A stretch of DNA of 32,000 nt, from contig CAVRHQ010000011.1 of assembly GCA_963721045.1 (NCBI GenBank), forward strand, positions 464,182 to 496,181, written 5' to 3'. This document shows positions 9,273 to 18,920 of the stretch, in pieces (positions within the stretch are counted from its first letter, which is position 1; each line of letters opens with the position of its first letter). A program made the translations under genes and the position numbers. The notes beneath the pieces are model-generated. The model made no database searches. It was not told where the DNA came from and saw only the letters and a program-made list of their open reading frames with translations. The stretch is from an uncultured Flavobacteriaceae bacterium (GTDB taxonomy: Bacteria > Bacteroidota > Bacteroidia > Flavobacteriales > Flavobacteriaceae).

Positions 9273-10589
9273 ATGCCATTGCTCATTGTAATCCTGGGGA
9301 TAGCCTTGCTTTTCCTGCTCATTGCCAAATTCAAACTAAACGCCTTTATTACTTTCATCCTGGTATCGCTCATGGTGGGTATTGCCGAGGGGATGGAACT
9401 ACCGGCCGTGGTAACTTCCATACAAAACGGGATGGGGTCTACCCTGGGTTTCCTGGTCATGATCCTGGGCCTGGGGGCCATGCTGGGGAAACTGGTGGCA
9501 GACAGCGGAGCCGCTCAGCGGATCACCACCAGCCTGGTGGCTGGTTTTGGAGAGAAAAATATTCAATGGGCCCTGGTCCTCACGGGGTTTATCGTGGGTA
9601 TCCCCATGTTTTATTCCGTCGGTTTTGTGATCCTGGTACCCCTGGTCTTTACCGTGGCCGCGGCAACCGGTTTGCCTTTGCTCTATGTGGGGTTGCCCAT
9701 GCTCGCTTCCCTTTCGGTAACCCATGGCTACCTGCCCCCCCACCCGGCCCCTACGGCGATTGTGGTCCTGTTCAATGCCAACCTGGGGAAAACCCTTGTA
9801 TATGGCTTGATCGTGGCGGTTCCTGCAATTGTTGTCGCAGGACCATTGTATTCGAGGATGGTAAAAAAAATCCCGGCCAAACCCATGAAGCAATTTATTA
9901 ATCCCAGGATATTGACGGATGACGAAATGCCCGGCACCGCCAACAGCATCCTTACCGCCTTGTTGCCCATTATCCTGATCGCCTCCGCAACGGTATCCCG
10001 CCTATTTCTCCCGGAAGGAAGTTATGTCCTGAAAATTATAGCTTTTTTAGGGGATCCGGTTATCGCCATGCTTATAGCCGTATTAGTGGCCATCTTCACC
10101 CTGGGGCTCAGGAATGGCCGAAAAATGGATGAAGTCATGAATTCGGCCGGGAAGGCCGTCTCGGGTATCACCATGGTCTTGCTGATTATCGCCGGGGCCG
10201 GGGCTCTCAAACAGGTTTTGGTGGATAGCGGGGTAAGTGATTATATTGCTGCTTTGCTGAAGGATTCAACGATCTCGCCCCTGCTTCTGGCCTGGGGGAT
10301 CACGGCCATTATCCGGGTGTGCGTGGGCTCGGCAACCGTGGCGGGCCTTACCGCCGCAGGAATTGTCACCCCCATGATCCCGGGTAGCGGGGTCCCTGCT
10401 GAATTGATGGTCCTGGCGATCGGGTCGGGAAGCCTGATGCTGTCGCACGTAAATGATGGAGGGTTCTGGCTCTTCAAGGAATATTTTAACCTGTCGGTAC
10501 GGGATACCCTCCGAACCTGGACGATCATGGAAACCACAGTTGGCATCATGGGTTTGCTTGGCGTCCTCGCGTTGAATGCCCTCATCTGA
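9273..10589 (+). CDS. GntP-family permease (gluconate/D-serine:H+ symporter family)
   Basis: 438 aa polytopic membrane protein with a GntP-like N-terminus (MPLLIVILGIALLFLLIAKFKLNAFI) and GntP-like overall architecture. Confidence 0.85.
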   Translation: MPLLIVILGIALLFLLIAKFKLNAFITFILVSLMVGIAEGMELPAVVTSIQNGMGSTLGFLVMILGLGAMLGKLVADSGAAQRITTSLVAGFGEKNIQWALVLTGFIVGIPMFYSVGFVILVPLVFTVAAATGLPLLYVGLPMLASLSVTHGYLPPHPAPTAIVVLFNANLGKTLVYGLIVAVPAIVVAGPLYSRMVKKIPAKPMKQFINPRILTDDEMPGTANSILTALLPIILIASATVSRLFLPEGSYVLKIIAFLGDPVIAMLIAVLVAIFTLGLRNGRKMDEVMNSAGKAVSGITMVLLIIAGAGALKQVLVDSGVSDYIAALLKDSTISPLLLAWGITAIIRVCVGSATVAGLTAAGIVTPMIPGSGVPAELMVLAIGSGSLMLSHVNDGGFWLFKEYFNLSVRDTLRTWTIMETTVGIMGLLGVLALNALI

Positions 10590-10608
10590 CATATAAAAAT
10601 TAAATGAC

Positions 10609-11094
10609 ATGAATATGGATACTTTACCTTCAGAGAAGCTCAGGCAATCAGGCCTGGAATTACCGCCGGCGCCTCCGCCAGCCGGGGTTTACAAACCGGT
10701 TGTGGTGGTTGATCGTTACCTGTATGTTTCGGGGCAGGGGCCAGTAAACCCCGATGGAAGCCTGATCACGGGCCGCGTGGGGGAACAACTGAGCCTGGAA
10801 GAAGGGAAGGCAGCGGCCCGGCAGGTGGGCCTTACCATGCTCGCAACCATCAAGGCGCACTATGGCGATCTGGATTCCATCAAGCGGCTGGTAAAAGTAC
10901 TGGGGATGGTAAACAGCAGCCCGGATTTCGGGAAACACCCCCTGGTTATAAATGGGTTCAGTGAATTGATGTCTGAAATATTCGGGCCCGATATGGGTGT
11001 GGGGGCACGCAGCGCGGTGGGCATGATGCTCCCTGGAAATATCGCCGTTGAGATAGAGGCCGTTTTCGAACTGCATAATCCGGTTTCCCCATGA
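10609..11094 (+). CDS. RidA/YjgF/YER057c-family protein (reactive enamine/imine deaminase family)
   Basis: 161 aa with the family motifs ...LYVSGQGPVNPDG... and ...ARSAVGMMLPGNIAVEIEAVFEL. Its stop overlaps the next start (ATGA at 11091-11094). Confidence 0.8.
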   Translation: MNMDTLPSEKLRQSGLELPPAPPPAGVYKPVVVVDRYLYVSGQGPVNPDGSLITGRVGEQLSLEEGKAAARQVGLTMLATIKAHYGDLDSIKRLVKVLGMVNSSPDFGKHPLVINGFSELMSEIFGPDMGVGARSAVGMMLPGNIAVEIEAVFELHNPVSP

Positions 11095-12203
11095 CAACAA
11101 GGCCCTGGTACAGCCTGAAATCCCCTGAAACCTGCTTTTCGCCAGGATTGCTGGTCTACCCTTCGCGGATCGCAGAGAACATCTCCATCATGCTCCGCAT
11201 AGCAGGGGGGGCGGACAAAATCCGCCCGCACATCAAGACCCACAAGATGGCCGAAGTTATCCGGATGCAGATGGCCCAGGGAATCAGCAGGTTTAAATGC
11301 GCCACCCTGGCAGAAGCCGAACTACTGGGTCTGTGTGAAGCTGCAGATGTCCTGTTGGCCATGCAACCGGTGGGGCCCAACCTGGCCCGCTTTATGGAAC
11401 TGCAGGCAGCCTTTCCCGCCACGGCTTTCTCAACCATCGTGGATGATATCCGAATTGCCCGCGAATTACAGGAACTCGCTGTAAAGAACGGACAAAGGGC
11501 AGCCGTATTTATAGATCTGGATGTCGGGATGAACCGTACCGGGATCCGTCCCGGGGCCCGGGCCATCAGGCTGATAGAAGAAATCAGCACGCTTGCGAAC
11601 CTATCCTTCAGGGGTTTGCACGTTTACGACGGGCATATCCGGGACTCTGACCCCGGGGATCGCCGAAAGGCCTGCGATGAGGCGTTTGCCCAGGTACGGG
11701 AAATGGAAAAGGAACTGGAAAAACTGGGCCTGAAGGTCGGGGTGATCGTCGCAGGAGGATCCCCTACCTTTCCAATCCATGCCGGCCGCGAAGGAGTGGA
11801 GACCAGTCCCGGCACCACCTTACTCTGGGATGCGCGCTATGGTACTGATTTTCCGGATATGCCCTTCCTGCCGGCCGCTGTGCTCCTCGGCAGGGTCATC
11901 AGCCGGCCCGGGGATTCCCTCCTATGCCTGGACCTGGGGCACAAGTCAATCGCGCCTGAAATGCCTTTTCCCAGGCTGCAACTTCTCGGGATGGACGACT
12001 GCCGACAGCTTTCCCAAAGCGAAGAACACCTGGTGCTCGATTGCCCTGCAGCCGGGGACCATCCGTTGGGGGAGGCCTGCTACGCCTTGCCCATGCATAT
12101 CTGCCCCACCGTTGCCAAGTACCCGGCCGTAATCACCGTGGAATCCGGCGAAATCACAGGCAGCTGGAAGGTGGCGGCCCGGGACCACATGATTTCGATC
12201 TGA
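11091..12203 (+). CDS. Fold-type III PLP enzyme of the D-serine dehydratase (DSD1) / D-threonine aldolase family
   Basis: 370 aa. The PLP-lysine motif is RPHIKTHK. The C-terminal domain has EEHLVL and a MHICPT (H-x-C) motif that matches the metal site of DSD1-type enzymes. Confidence 0.8.
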   Translation: MTTRPWYSLKSPETCFSPGLLVYPSRIAENISIMLRIAGGADKIRPHIKTHKMAEVIRMQMAQGISRFKCATLAEAELLGLCEAADVLLAMQPVGPNLARFMELQAAFPATAFSTIVDDIRIARELQELAVKNGQRAAVFIDLDVGMNRTGIRPGARAIRLIEEISTLANLSFRGLHVYDGHIRDSDPGDRRKACDEAFAQVREMEKELEKLGLKVGVIVAGGSPTFPIHAGREGVETSPGTTLLWDARYGTDFPDMPFLPAAVLLGRVISRPGDSLLCLDLGHKSIAPEMPFPRLQLLGMDDCRQLSQSEEHLVLDCPAAGDHPLGEACYALPMHICPTVAKYPAVITVESGEITGSWKVAARDHMISI

Positions 12204-12343
12204 TCCTGGTGCCGGCAAGCCGAACAAATAGTCATGGGGCAAAATGGGGTGGCAACCTGATTTGGTCGAATTTAACAGGGATTTGTATCCCCCTGGCAGG
12301 GTATTTGCTAATTTTACCCAAAATTGTGCTATTTTCCCGACCC

Positions 12344-12998
12344 ATGAAACTGTCTGCATATTTTGTCTTGCTGCTTCTCTGCCCGCTGGCCGGCTGGTCC
12401 CAGACCGATCTGCCCGCCACCCAGCCCCTGAGCGTTGAACGGGATAATTCCCTGGATGTGCGCCAAAACCAGGACCAGGGTACCAGCCTTAACATGCCTT
12501 CTGTCCTGGATCCTTCAAGCAGTATTAATCTGAAAGATTCCCTCATGGCCAGGAACGTAAAAATGTTGCCCGAACGGGAGCTGAAACAGGCGGGATTCGA
12601 TATGAAAATAGATCCGAAAGTAACTGAAAATGACACGGGGAAATGCCAATGAGCATTATGGCGACATGTACCTGGGCGATATAAAGACAACCGCTAAATA
12701 CGTCGGGATCGTATGCCGTGACCATGAATATGTGGATGGGGACCGGGTACGTATCTATGCCAATGACGTGGTGGTAGAGCCAAACATACTCCTCACAGGG
12801 AGTTTTAAGGGCATCAATGTTAGCCTGGACAAGGGATTCAACCGGCTGGATTTTGAAGCCCTGAACCAGGGTTCCTCCGGGCCGAATACGGCCCAGGTGA
12901 ACGTCTACGATGAAAAGGGGCAGCTGATCTACTCCAACAAATGGTTGCTGTCTACAGGTTCCAGGGCTTCCCTTATTGTGGTACAGCAGGAGGAGTAG
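12344..12998 (+). CDS. Secreted protein of unknown function. It is either frameshifted at ~12625-12650 or two overlapping ORFs (12344-12652 and 12630-12998).
   Basis: The signal peptide is MKLSAYFVLLLLCPLAGWSQ. The upstream frame ends ...KVTENDTGKCQ*. The downstream frame continues (M)TRGNANEHYGDMYLGDIKT... Confidence 0.5.
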
Positions 12999-15180
12999 CC
13001 TTCCTCTCCCCCGGGTGGTACTGCGCTTCCGCCCGTGCCAGCACATCTTCCTTATAGAAGGCCACCTCCTTGAATTGTCCGTCCGTATAGCGCTGTGCCT
13101 GGTCATCAAAATGCGGGGAAGAAGGATGTCCGCTCTCCCCCCCGGCCAGCAGGCTTTTCGCCCGGACTTTGTCCCCGAACTCCACGACAGCCACAAAACT
13201 ATTCCCGCGGGTACCATAGATCTTTTTGGTGCCGTTGGTGTAGCGGGCCCCGAAAGCCGCCAGTGCGCCCCACCTCCCGGAGGCAAATCCCACCGGAAGG
13301 CTCGGTTTGCCATCATCAAAAGGTTGCCGGATCGCCCCGTTGATACGCTGGTACCGGTTTACCTGCCCCCAGGGTGTTTTCCAGCTGCCAAAATCGGTTG
13401 TCAGATGATCCAGTGCCTTTTTAAAGACAGCCAGGCGTTCGTGCCGGCGGGAGAAGCAGTACCGAAATAGGTCATCATCTCCATATCGCTCATATTTTCC
13501 GGCACTTCCCCCAATTCCCCGTACAGGGTGCCGTAATAGTGGGCCAGGGTCATCGCCACCGATTCCCTTGACGTACGGTAATCCCAGTTGCGCAATACCT
13601 CAATGGCTGCCGCCATAGACGGATCGCGGCCCGGCTGTGTGTCATAGGCCGATACCAGGCCGGGGATCAGGACTTTAAAGGCCGGTAAATAGGGGTCGTA
13701 GGCCAGGCGGATCAGGCTGTCCAGGGTATAGCCGCTCCGGCCTTTCAACAACGCTATGGCGTGCAGGGCCCGGAAATTTTGTTCGTCTGCAGACATATAC
13801 TTGGGATAGTCGCCCCGCTTCGGGCTGTAGTCCAGGGCAGCCGTATAAGGGGTGGAATTGCAATTTTGCAACCATCCGTTGGCCGGGTTCAGCAAGTGGA
13901 TGGTTTCGTCTACCGTGTGGAGGCCCTGCCAGTCGGTCCGGGGATCGCTCCCGTCCAGGGGCTTCGTATAATCAAAGAGGGTATCCCGTACCGGGATGAA
14001 ATTTCCATGGAAGTAGGCAATATTGTCGTCTGCATCCGCATACACAGTATTATTGGAGGAATTGGTCTTGAGGTCCATCATTTTCCTGAACCCTTCATAC
14101 CCGCTTTGCTTGGTACGGATAAAAGATTGCTCCAGGGCTTTGGCGGGGTCCCACATCATGGCCGTGGCAACCGGATTACCGTTTAATTTATGGGTGATGG
14201 GGCCATGGTGGGTGTGGTACATCGGAAAGGTTTTATCCAGCAATCGGTCCCCTTCCCTGTACTTGAGGGTAACTTCGGATACGCGCACCGGGCGGAGTTC
14301 ATCCCCGTATTTATAGTACGGCAGGCTGTCCATTTCAACGACCTGCTCCACATATTCATCCATCACATCCGTATAGGTGGACGTATGCATCCAGCCGGTT
14401 TTTTCATTGAAGCCCTGGTAAATAAAAAACTGGCCCCAGGTCACCGCCCCATAGGCGTTAAGGCCTTCCTCGCTAACGGCGTGAACTTCCCCCCTGAAAT
14501 AGAAGGACGTATGCGGGTTGATCAGCAACATGGCATGGCCGGAAGCGGTCAGATTGCCCGAAATGGCGATCCCATTGGAGCCGGCGGGTTCTTCGTATAC
14601 CGCCCGGGTGGTCCGGAACCGGTTTTTCCCTGGCGCTGAGTGTTGCCGCGCACCCTCGTACATGGCGCGGAGTTTATCAAGGCTCACCCGTTCTATATCC
14701 CCGCCTATGGAGCCTTCGCTGAAATACATGGGCATCCAGGGTTCAAAGTGGGTCAGCAGTTTCGGGTTGTACCTCCGGATGGGTGTACAAATAATAGTTC
14801 GCCCCGTCGGCAAAGGCGTTACACAAGGCCTTCAGCCAGGCCGGGCTTTTTTCGTAAGCGGCGATGGCCTCCTCCCGGGTCATGAAAAGTCGGGCCCGGA
14901 GGTCGCTGTAAAGTGCCTCCCGGCCTTCCACTTCGGCCAGCCGGCCAATGGCCCAGATATAATTGTGTTCCACCCGGTTAAAATCGTCCTCACATTGGGC
15001 ATACAGCAAGCCGAATACGGCGTCGGCATCCGTTTTGGCGTATACGTGCGGCACCCCGAAATCATCGCGGATAATAGTGGTCCTGGCCGCACGCGCCTCC
15101 CACCGCTGCAATTCGGAGGGGGTTTGATCGGCCTTACAGCCCAGGAAAAAAACCCATAGGGCCAGTACAAAGTATTTCAT
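12973..15180 (-). pseudogene. Penicillin acylase / Ntn-hydrolase family protein (possible N-acyl-homoserine-lactone or beta-lactam acylase) with two frame breaks
   Basis: The lipoprotein-type signal is MKYFVLALWVFFLGC. The N-terminal part has IIRDDFGVPHVYA, and the Ntn nucleophile context is EPAGSNGIAISG. ORFs 15180-14743, 14813-13401 and 13293-12973 join as ...YTHPEVQP|KLLTHFEPW... (~14761-14770) and ...FGTASPAG|HERLAVFKKALDHL... (~13440-13452). Confidence 0.8.
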
Positions 15181-15340
15181 ATCAGGAATGACGACTAGTT
15201 ACTATCGGATCCGGAGATGGTCATAACCCGGAATGGGGATATGAAAATACGGGAGTCCGGGGGTAATGTCCAAAAATAATGTGGTAAATTATAATTGCAC
15301 AACAGGCAGCCGGCCACCCTATCAATTGGCCTGCCTTTCC

Positions 15341-15348
15341 TATCTTTG
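15341..15348 (+). promoter_or_regulatory. Bacteroidota sigma-A -7 box (TAnnTTTG) for the ABC exporter gene
   Basis: tatctttg lies 19 nt upstream of the ATG at 15368. Confidence 0.45.
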
Positions 15349-15367
15349 CCGATTCAAACCAATTTGC

Positions 15368-17104
15368 ATGTCCGATAAACGCGTGAGCATCCTGAATGCC
15401 TTCAGGACAATTATCTGGCCCCGGAGGAAAATCGTATTCGTCGGCCTGTTCCTTATTGTCATCAGCAAGGCGGCCAGTTTTGTGGCCCCCTTGTCTTTAA
15501 AATACCTGATGGATGATATTATCCCGAACAAGAATATCCCATTCCTGAAGCTCCTGGTGGGGGTGGTCATCCTCGCCATCCTGGTACAGGCCGCTACCTC
15601 CTTCCTGCTCACCAGGATCCTGAGCGTGCAGGCACAATACATGATCTCAGAGTTGAGGGCGCAGGTGCAGCGGAAGATCCTGTCCCTGCCCATCCGTTTT
15701 TTTGACAATACCAAGTCTGGCGAACTGGTTTCCCGGATCATGACCGACGTGGAAGGCGTCCGCAACCTGATCGGCACCGGCCTGGTACAATTGGTGGGCG
15801 GTACCATCACCGCAATAGTTTCCCTGATCCTCTTGCTGAGAATAAGCGTAAGCATGACCCTGTTTGCCCTGATCCCTCTAGCCATTTTTGCCGTCGTAGC
15901 CCTTAAGGCATTTAAGGTCATCCGCCCCATTTTCAGAAACCGGGGCAAGATCAATGCCGATGTCACCGGCCGGCTAACCGAAACCCTGGGAGGCATCCGG
16001 GTCATCAAGGGGTTTAATGCCGAAGCCCAGGAACACAGGGTCTTTGAGGAGGGGGTGTATCGCCTGTATGAGAATGTCCGTAAAAGTCTCACGGCCACCG
16101 CCCTGATGACCAGCTCATCCACCTTCCTGCTGGGAGTGGCCACCACGGGGATCATGGGGCTCGGGGGCTACCAGATCATGACAGGGGATCTCACCGTCGG
16201 GGAATTCCTCACCTTTACCTTCCTCCTGGGGCTGATGGTGGCCCCTATTGTGCAGATGAGCAATATCGGCAGCCAGTTGACGGAAGCCCTCGCCGGCCTG
16301 GACCGTACGGAAGAACTCATGCAGATGGAGCCGGAAGCGGATGAAGCGGACCGAACCGTGGAGCTAGGAAAAATACAAGGTGCGATCACCTTCGAAGATG
16401 TTTCCTTTGCCTATGAAACAGACCATGAAGTGCTGCACAACATAAGCTTTAACGCACCTCCCGGATCCGTGGTGGCCCTGGTGGGGAGTTCGGGCTCCGG
16501 TAAAAGTACCATTGCGGGCCTGGCTGCCAGTTTTCTGACTCCCCTGTCCGGAAAAGTATTGGTAGACGGAACCGACTTATCCAAGGTCAGGCTTTCAAGT
16601 TACCGCAAGCACCTGGGGGTGGTACTGCAGGACGATTTCCTCTTCGAAGGGACGATCCGGGAGAACATCCTCTTCCCGCGGCCACTTGCCACTGAGGAAG
16701 CTTTGCAACAGGCGGTCAAAGCCGCCTATGTGGATGAGTTTACGGATCGCTTTGAGAAGGGGTTGGATACGGTCATAGGGGAAAGGGGGATCAAACTGTC
16801 CGGGGGTCAGCGGCAGCGGATCGCCATAGCCAGGGCAATCCTGGCCAACCCGAAAATCCTGATCCTCGATGAGGCGACCTCCAACCTGGATACCGAGAGT
16901 GAATCGCTCATACAGAAAAGCCTCGCCACCCTCACCAGGGGGCGCACTACTTTTGTGATTGCCCACAGGCTCAGTACCATCAGGAAAGCCGATCAGATCC
17001 TGGTAATTGAAAACGGGCGCATTGTGGAAGAAGGGACCCATGAAAGCCTGATCGCCCGGGAAGGCCGTTACTATAACCTGTACACCTACCAGGCCAGGAT
17101 ATAG
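15368..17104 (+). CDS. ABC transporter, fused permease/ATPase (MsbA/multidrug exporter type)
   Basis: It has six predicted TM helices and an NBD with Walker A GSSGSGKST, the signature LSGGQRQR and Walker B ILILDEATS. The ORF-track start at 15266 looks like a spurious 5' extension. MSDKRVSIL... at 15368 follows the promoter box. Confidence 0.9.
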   Translation: MSDKRVSILNAFRTIIWPRRKIVFVGLFLIVISKAASFVAPLSLKYLMDDIIPNKNIPFLKLLVGVVILAILVQAATSFLLTRILSVQAQYMISELRAQVQRKILSLPIRFFDNTKSGELVSRIMTDVEGVRNLIGTGLVQLVGGTITAIVSLILLLRISVSMTLFALIPLAIFAVVALKAFKVIRPIFRNRGKINADVTGRLTETLGGIRVIKGFNAEAQEHRVFEEGVYRLYENVRKSLTATALMTSSSTFLLGVATTGIMGLGGYQIMTGDLTVGEFLTFTFLLGLMVAPIVQMSNIGSQLTEALAGLDRTEELMQMEPEADEADRTVELGKIQGAITFEDVSFAYETDHEVLHNISFNAPPGSVVALVGSSGSGKSTIAGLAASFLTPLSGKVLVDGTDLSKVRLSSYRKHLGVVLQDDFLFEGTIRENILFPRPLATEEALQQAVKAAYVDEFTDRFEKGLDTVIGERGIKLSGGQRQRIAIARAILANPKILILDEATSNLDTESESLIQKSLATLTRGRTTFVIAHRLSTIRKADQILVIENGRIVEEGTHESLIAREGRYYNLYTYQARI

Positions 17105-17134
17105 GGAAAGCAGAAAGTTACCCTGTTTTACAAA

Positions 17135-17464
17135 TCAGCTCTCCGGAGCGAGCTCCACTTCCAGTCCGTCCAGGGCCGGCGTAAGGTGGATCTGGCAACC
17201 CAGCCTGCTGTTGGGCTCTACGTAGAAGGCCTCCGCCAGCATGGCTTCTTCCGCGTCGGACTTTTCGGGAAGGGCGTGACCCGATTTTACATAGCACTGA
17301 CAGGAAGCGCACATGGCCATCCCCCCGCAGACCCCTATCGTACCTTCAGGGGCCAATTCGTAGGAACGCACCAGTTCCATCAGGTTCATGTTCATATCCG
17401 TGGGAGCATCCACTTCATGAAGTACCCCGTCGCGGTCGGTTATTTTGATCTTGATATCCTGCAT
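17135..17464 (-). CDS. 2Fe-2S ferredoxin (adrenodoxin/putidaredoxin type)
   Basis: 109 aa with the Cys pattern [12 protein letters not shown]...(x)...C in RLGCQI. Confidence 0.85.
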   Translation of the reverse strand: MQDIKIKITDRDGVLHEVDAPTDMNMNLMELVRSYELAPEGTIGVCGGMAMCASCQCYVKSGHALPEKSDAEEAMLAEAFYVEPNSRLGCQIHLTPALDGLEVELAPES

Positions 17465-17552
17465 TCGCTCTGCTTGCTTATCGGTTCATGGACACCTGCG
17501 TTTTTTGCAGGATGGTTAAACCAGTTCAGTAATATATTAGGGAATCCGTTTC

Positions 17553-18614
17553 TCAATCAATCGCCTTGATCACTGCCTTGGGGGCTTCCCGGACGCTGCC
17601 ATCAAAGCCCTGAACTCCGCCCACAGTAGTGTATTTCATGACGTACCGCTTGTCCGGGTGGATACGCTGATACGCACTTTGTACCATCAGGGTGGCCTCA
17701 TGGAAGCCGCAAAGGATGAGTTTAAGCTTTCCCGGATAGATGTTGATATCGCCAATTGCGTAGATCCCGGGGATATTGGTCTGATAATCCAGGGCATTGT
17801 CCACTTTGATGGAATTCTTTTCGATTTCGAGCCCCCAGTTCGCAATGGGCCCCAATTTTGGGGACAGGCCGAAAAGGGGGATAAAATGATCCGCTTCGAG
17901 CAGGAACTCATCCCCGGCGTCGGTTGCGCGCTGGATGACCACGGCTTCCAGGGAGTCCTTTCCCCTCAGGCCTACCACCTCAGCCGGGGTATACAGCCTG
18001 ATTTTCCCCTCATCTTTCAGGGCTTTGACCTTCTCAACGGAATCCAGGGCTCCCCTGAACTCGTTCCTCCTGTGAACCAGGGATACTTCTTTGGCCATTC
18101 CGGCCAGGTAGATGCTCCAGTCCAGTGCCGAATCGCCCCCCCCGGCAATAACTACCCGCTTGCCCCGGTATATCCCGGGATCCCGGATCATATATTCAAC
18201 CCCATTTTCCTCATACCTGGACAGGTTGTCGAGCAGGGGTTTCCGGGGTTCAAAACTCCCCAGCCCCCCGGCGATAACTACGACAGGGGCCTGGTGTCGT
18301 GTACCTTTGTTGGTGGTTACAATGAAACTTCCATCTTCCAGGGATTCTATCGTTTGCGCACGTTCCCCAAGAGTAAAGCCGGGCTGAAATGGAGCAATTT
18401 GCTCCATCAGGTTATTGACCAGCTCCCCGGCCAGCACCTCCGGAAATCCGGGGATGTCGTAAATTGGTTTTTTTGGGTAGATCTCTGAACACTGGCCACC
18501 CGGTTGAGGCAGGGCGTCTATCAGATGGCATTTGAGCTGTAAAAGCCCCGCTTCAAAAACTGCAAAAAGCCCTGTGGGGCCGGCACCAATAATTAAAATA
18601 TCTGTTTTGATCAT
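17553..18614 (-). CDS. Ferredoxin-NADP+ reductase, thioredoxin-reductase-like (YumC type)
   Basis: 353 aa with the FAD motif IIGAGPTGLFA and the NAD(P) motif VIAGGGDSALDW. It lacks the TrxR CxxC redox pair, as TRLF-type FNRs do. Confidence 0.8.
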   Translation of the reverse strand: MIKTDILIIGAGPTGLFAVFEAGLLQLKCHLIDALPQPGGQCSEIYPKKPIYDIPGFPEVLAGELVNNLMEQIAPFQPGFTLGERAQTIESLEDGSFIVTTNKGTRHQAPVVVIAGGLGSFEPRKPLLDNLSRYEENGVEYMIRDPGIYRGKRVVIAGGGDSALDWSIYLAGMAKEVSLVHRRNEFRGALDSVEKVKALKDEGKIRLYTPAEVVGLRGKDSLEAVVIQRATDAGDEFLLEADHFIPLFGLSPKLGPIANWGLEIEKNSIKVDNALDYQTNIPGIYAIGDINIYPGKLKLILCGFHEATLMVQSAYQRIHPDKRYVMKYTTVGGVQGFDGSVREAPKAVIKAID

Positions 18615-18680
18615 GTCTTGTGATCCTTATGCGGATGGCATACAAACGATGAAGTGGGGGTGTGTTCCGGGCTGGTGTCG

Positions 18681-18920
18681 CTAATCAAGATTAATGACTT
18701 TTTCTATTTGGGGGGCATGTTTTTTTATGGTCATTTCAACGCCGCTCCTCAGGGTCATCTGGTTTACCGTACACCCCACGCAGGTACCCTCCAGGCGAAC
18801 TTTAACGAGGGTATCGTTGTCGATAGATACCAGGGAAATATCCCCTCCGTCGCTTTGCAGAAAAGGCCGGATCTCCTCCAGTGCCATCTCTACTTTTAAT
18901 CTTAATTCCTCAGAAGTCAT
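18681..18920 (-). CDS. NifU C-terminal-domain (Nfu-like) Fe-S scaffold/carrier protein
   Basis: 79 aa with IRPFLQSDGGDISLV and the CVGC motif. Its start overlaps the stop of the upstream mrp gene (ATGA). Confidence 0.85.
   Translation of the reverse strand: MTSEELRLKVEMALEEIRPFLQSDGGDISLVSIDNDTLVKVRLEGTCVGCTVNQMTLRSGVEMTIKKHAPQIEKVINLD

Noticed and set aside
15266-15367. 34-codon N-terminal extension of the ABC exporter ORF
   Set aside because: The extension contains the predicted -7 promoter box (15341-15348) and is not membrane-domain-like. The ATG at 15368 gives a normal N-terminus.
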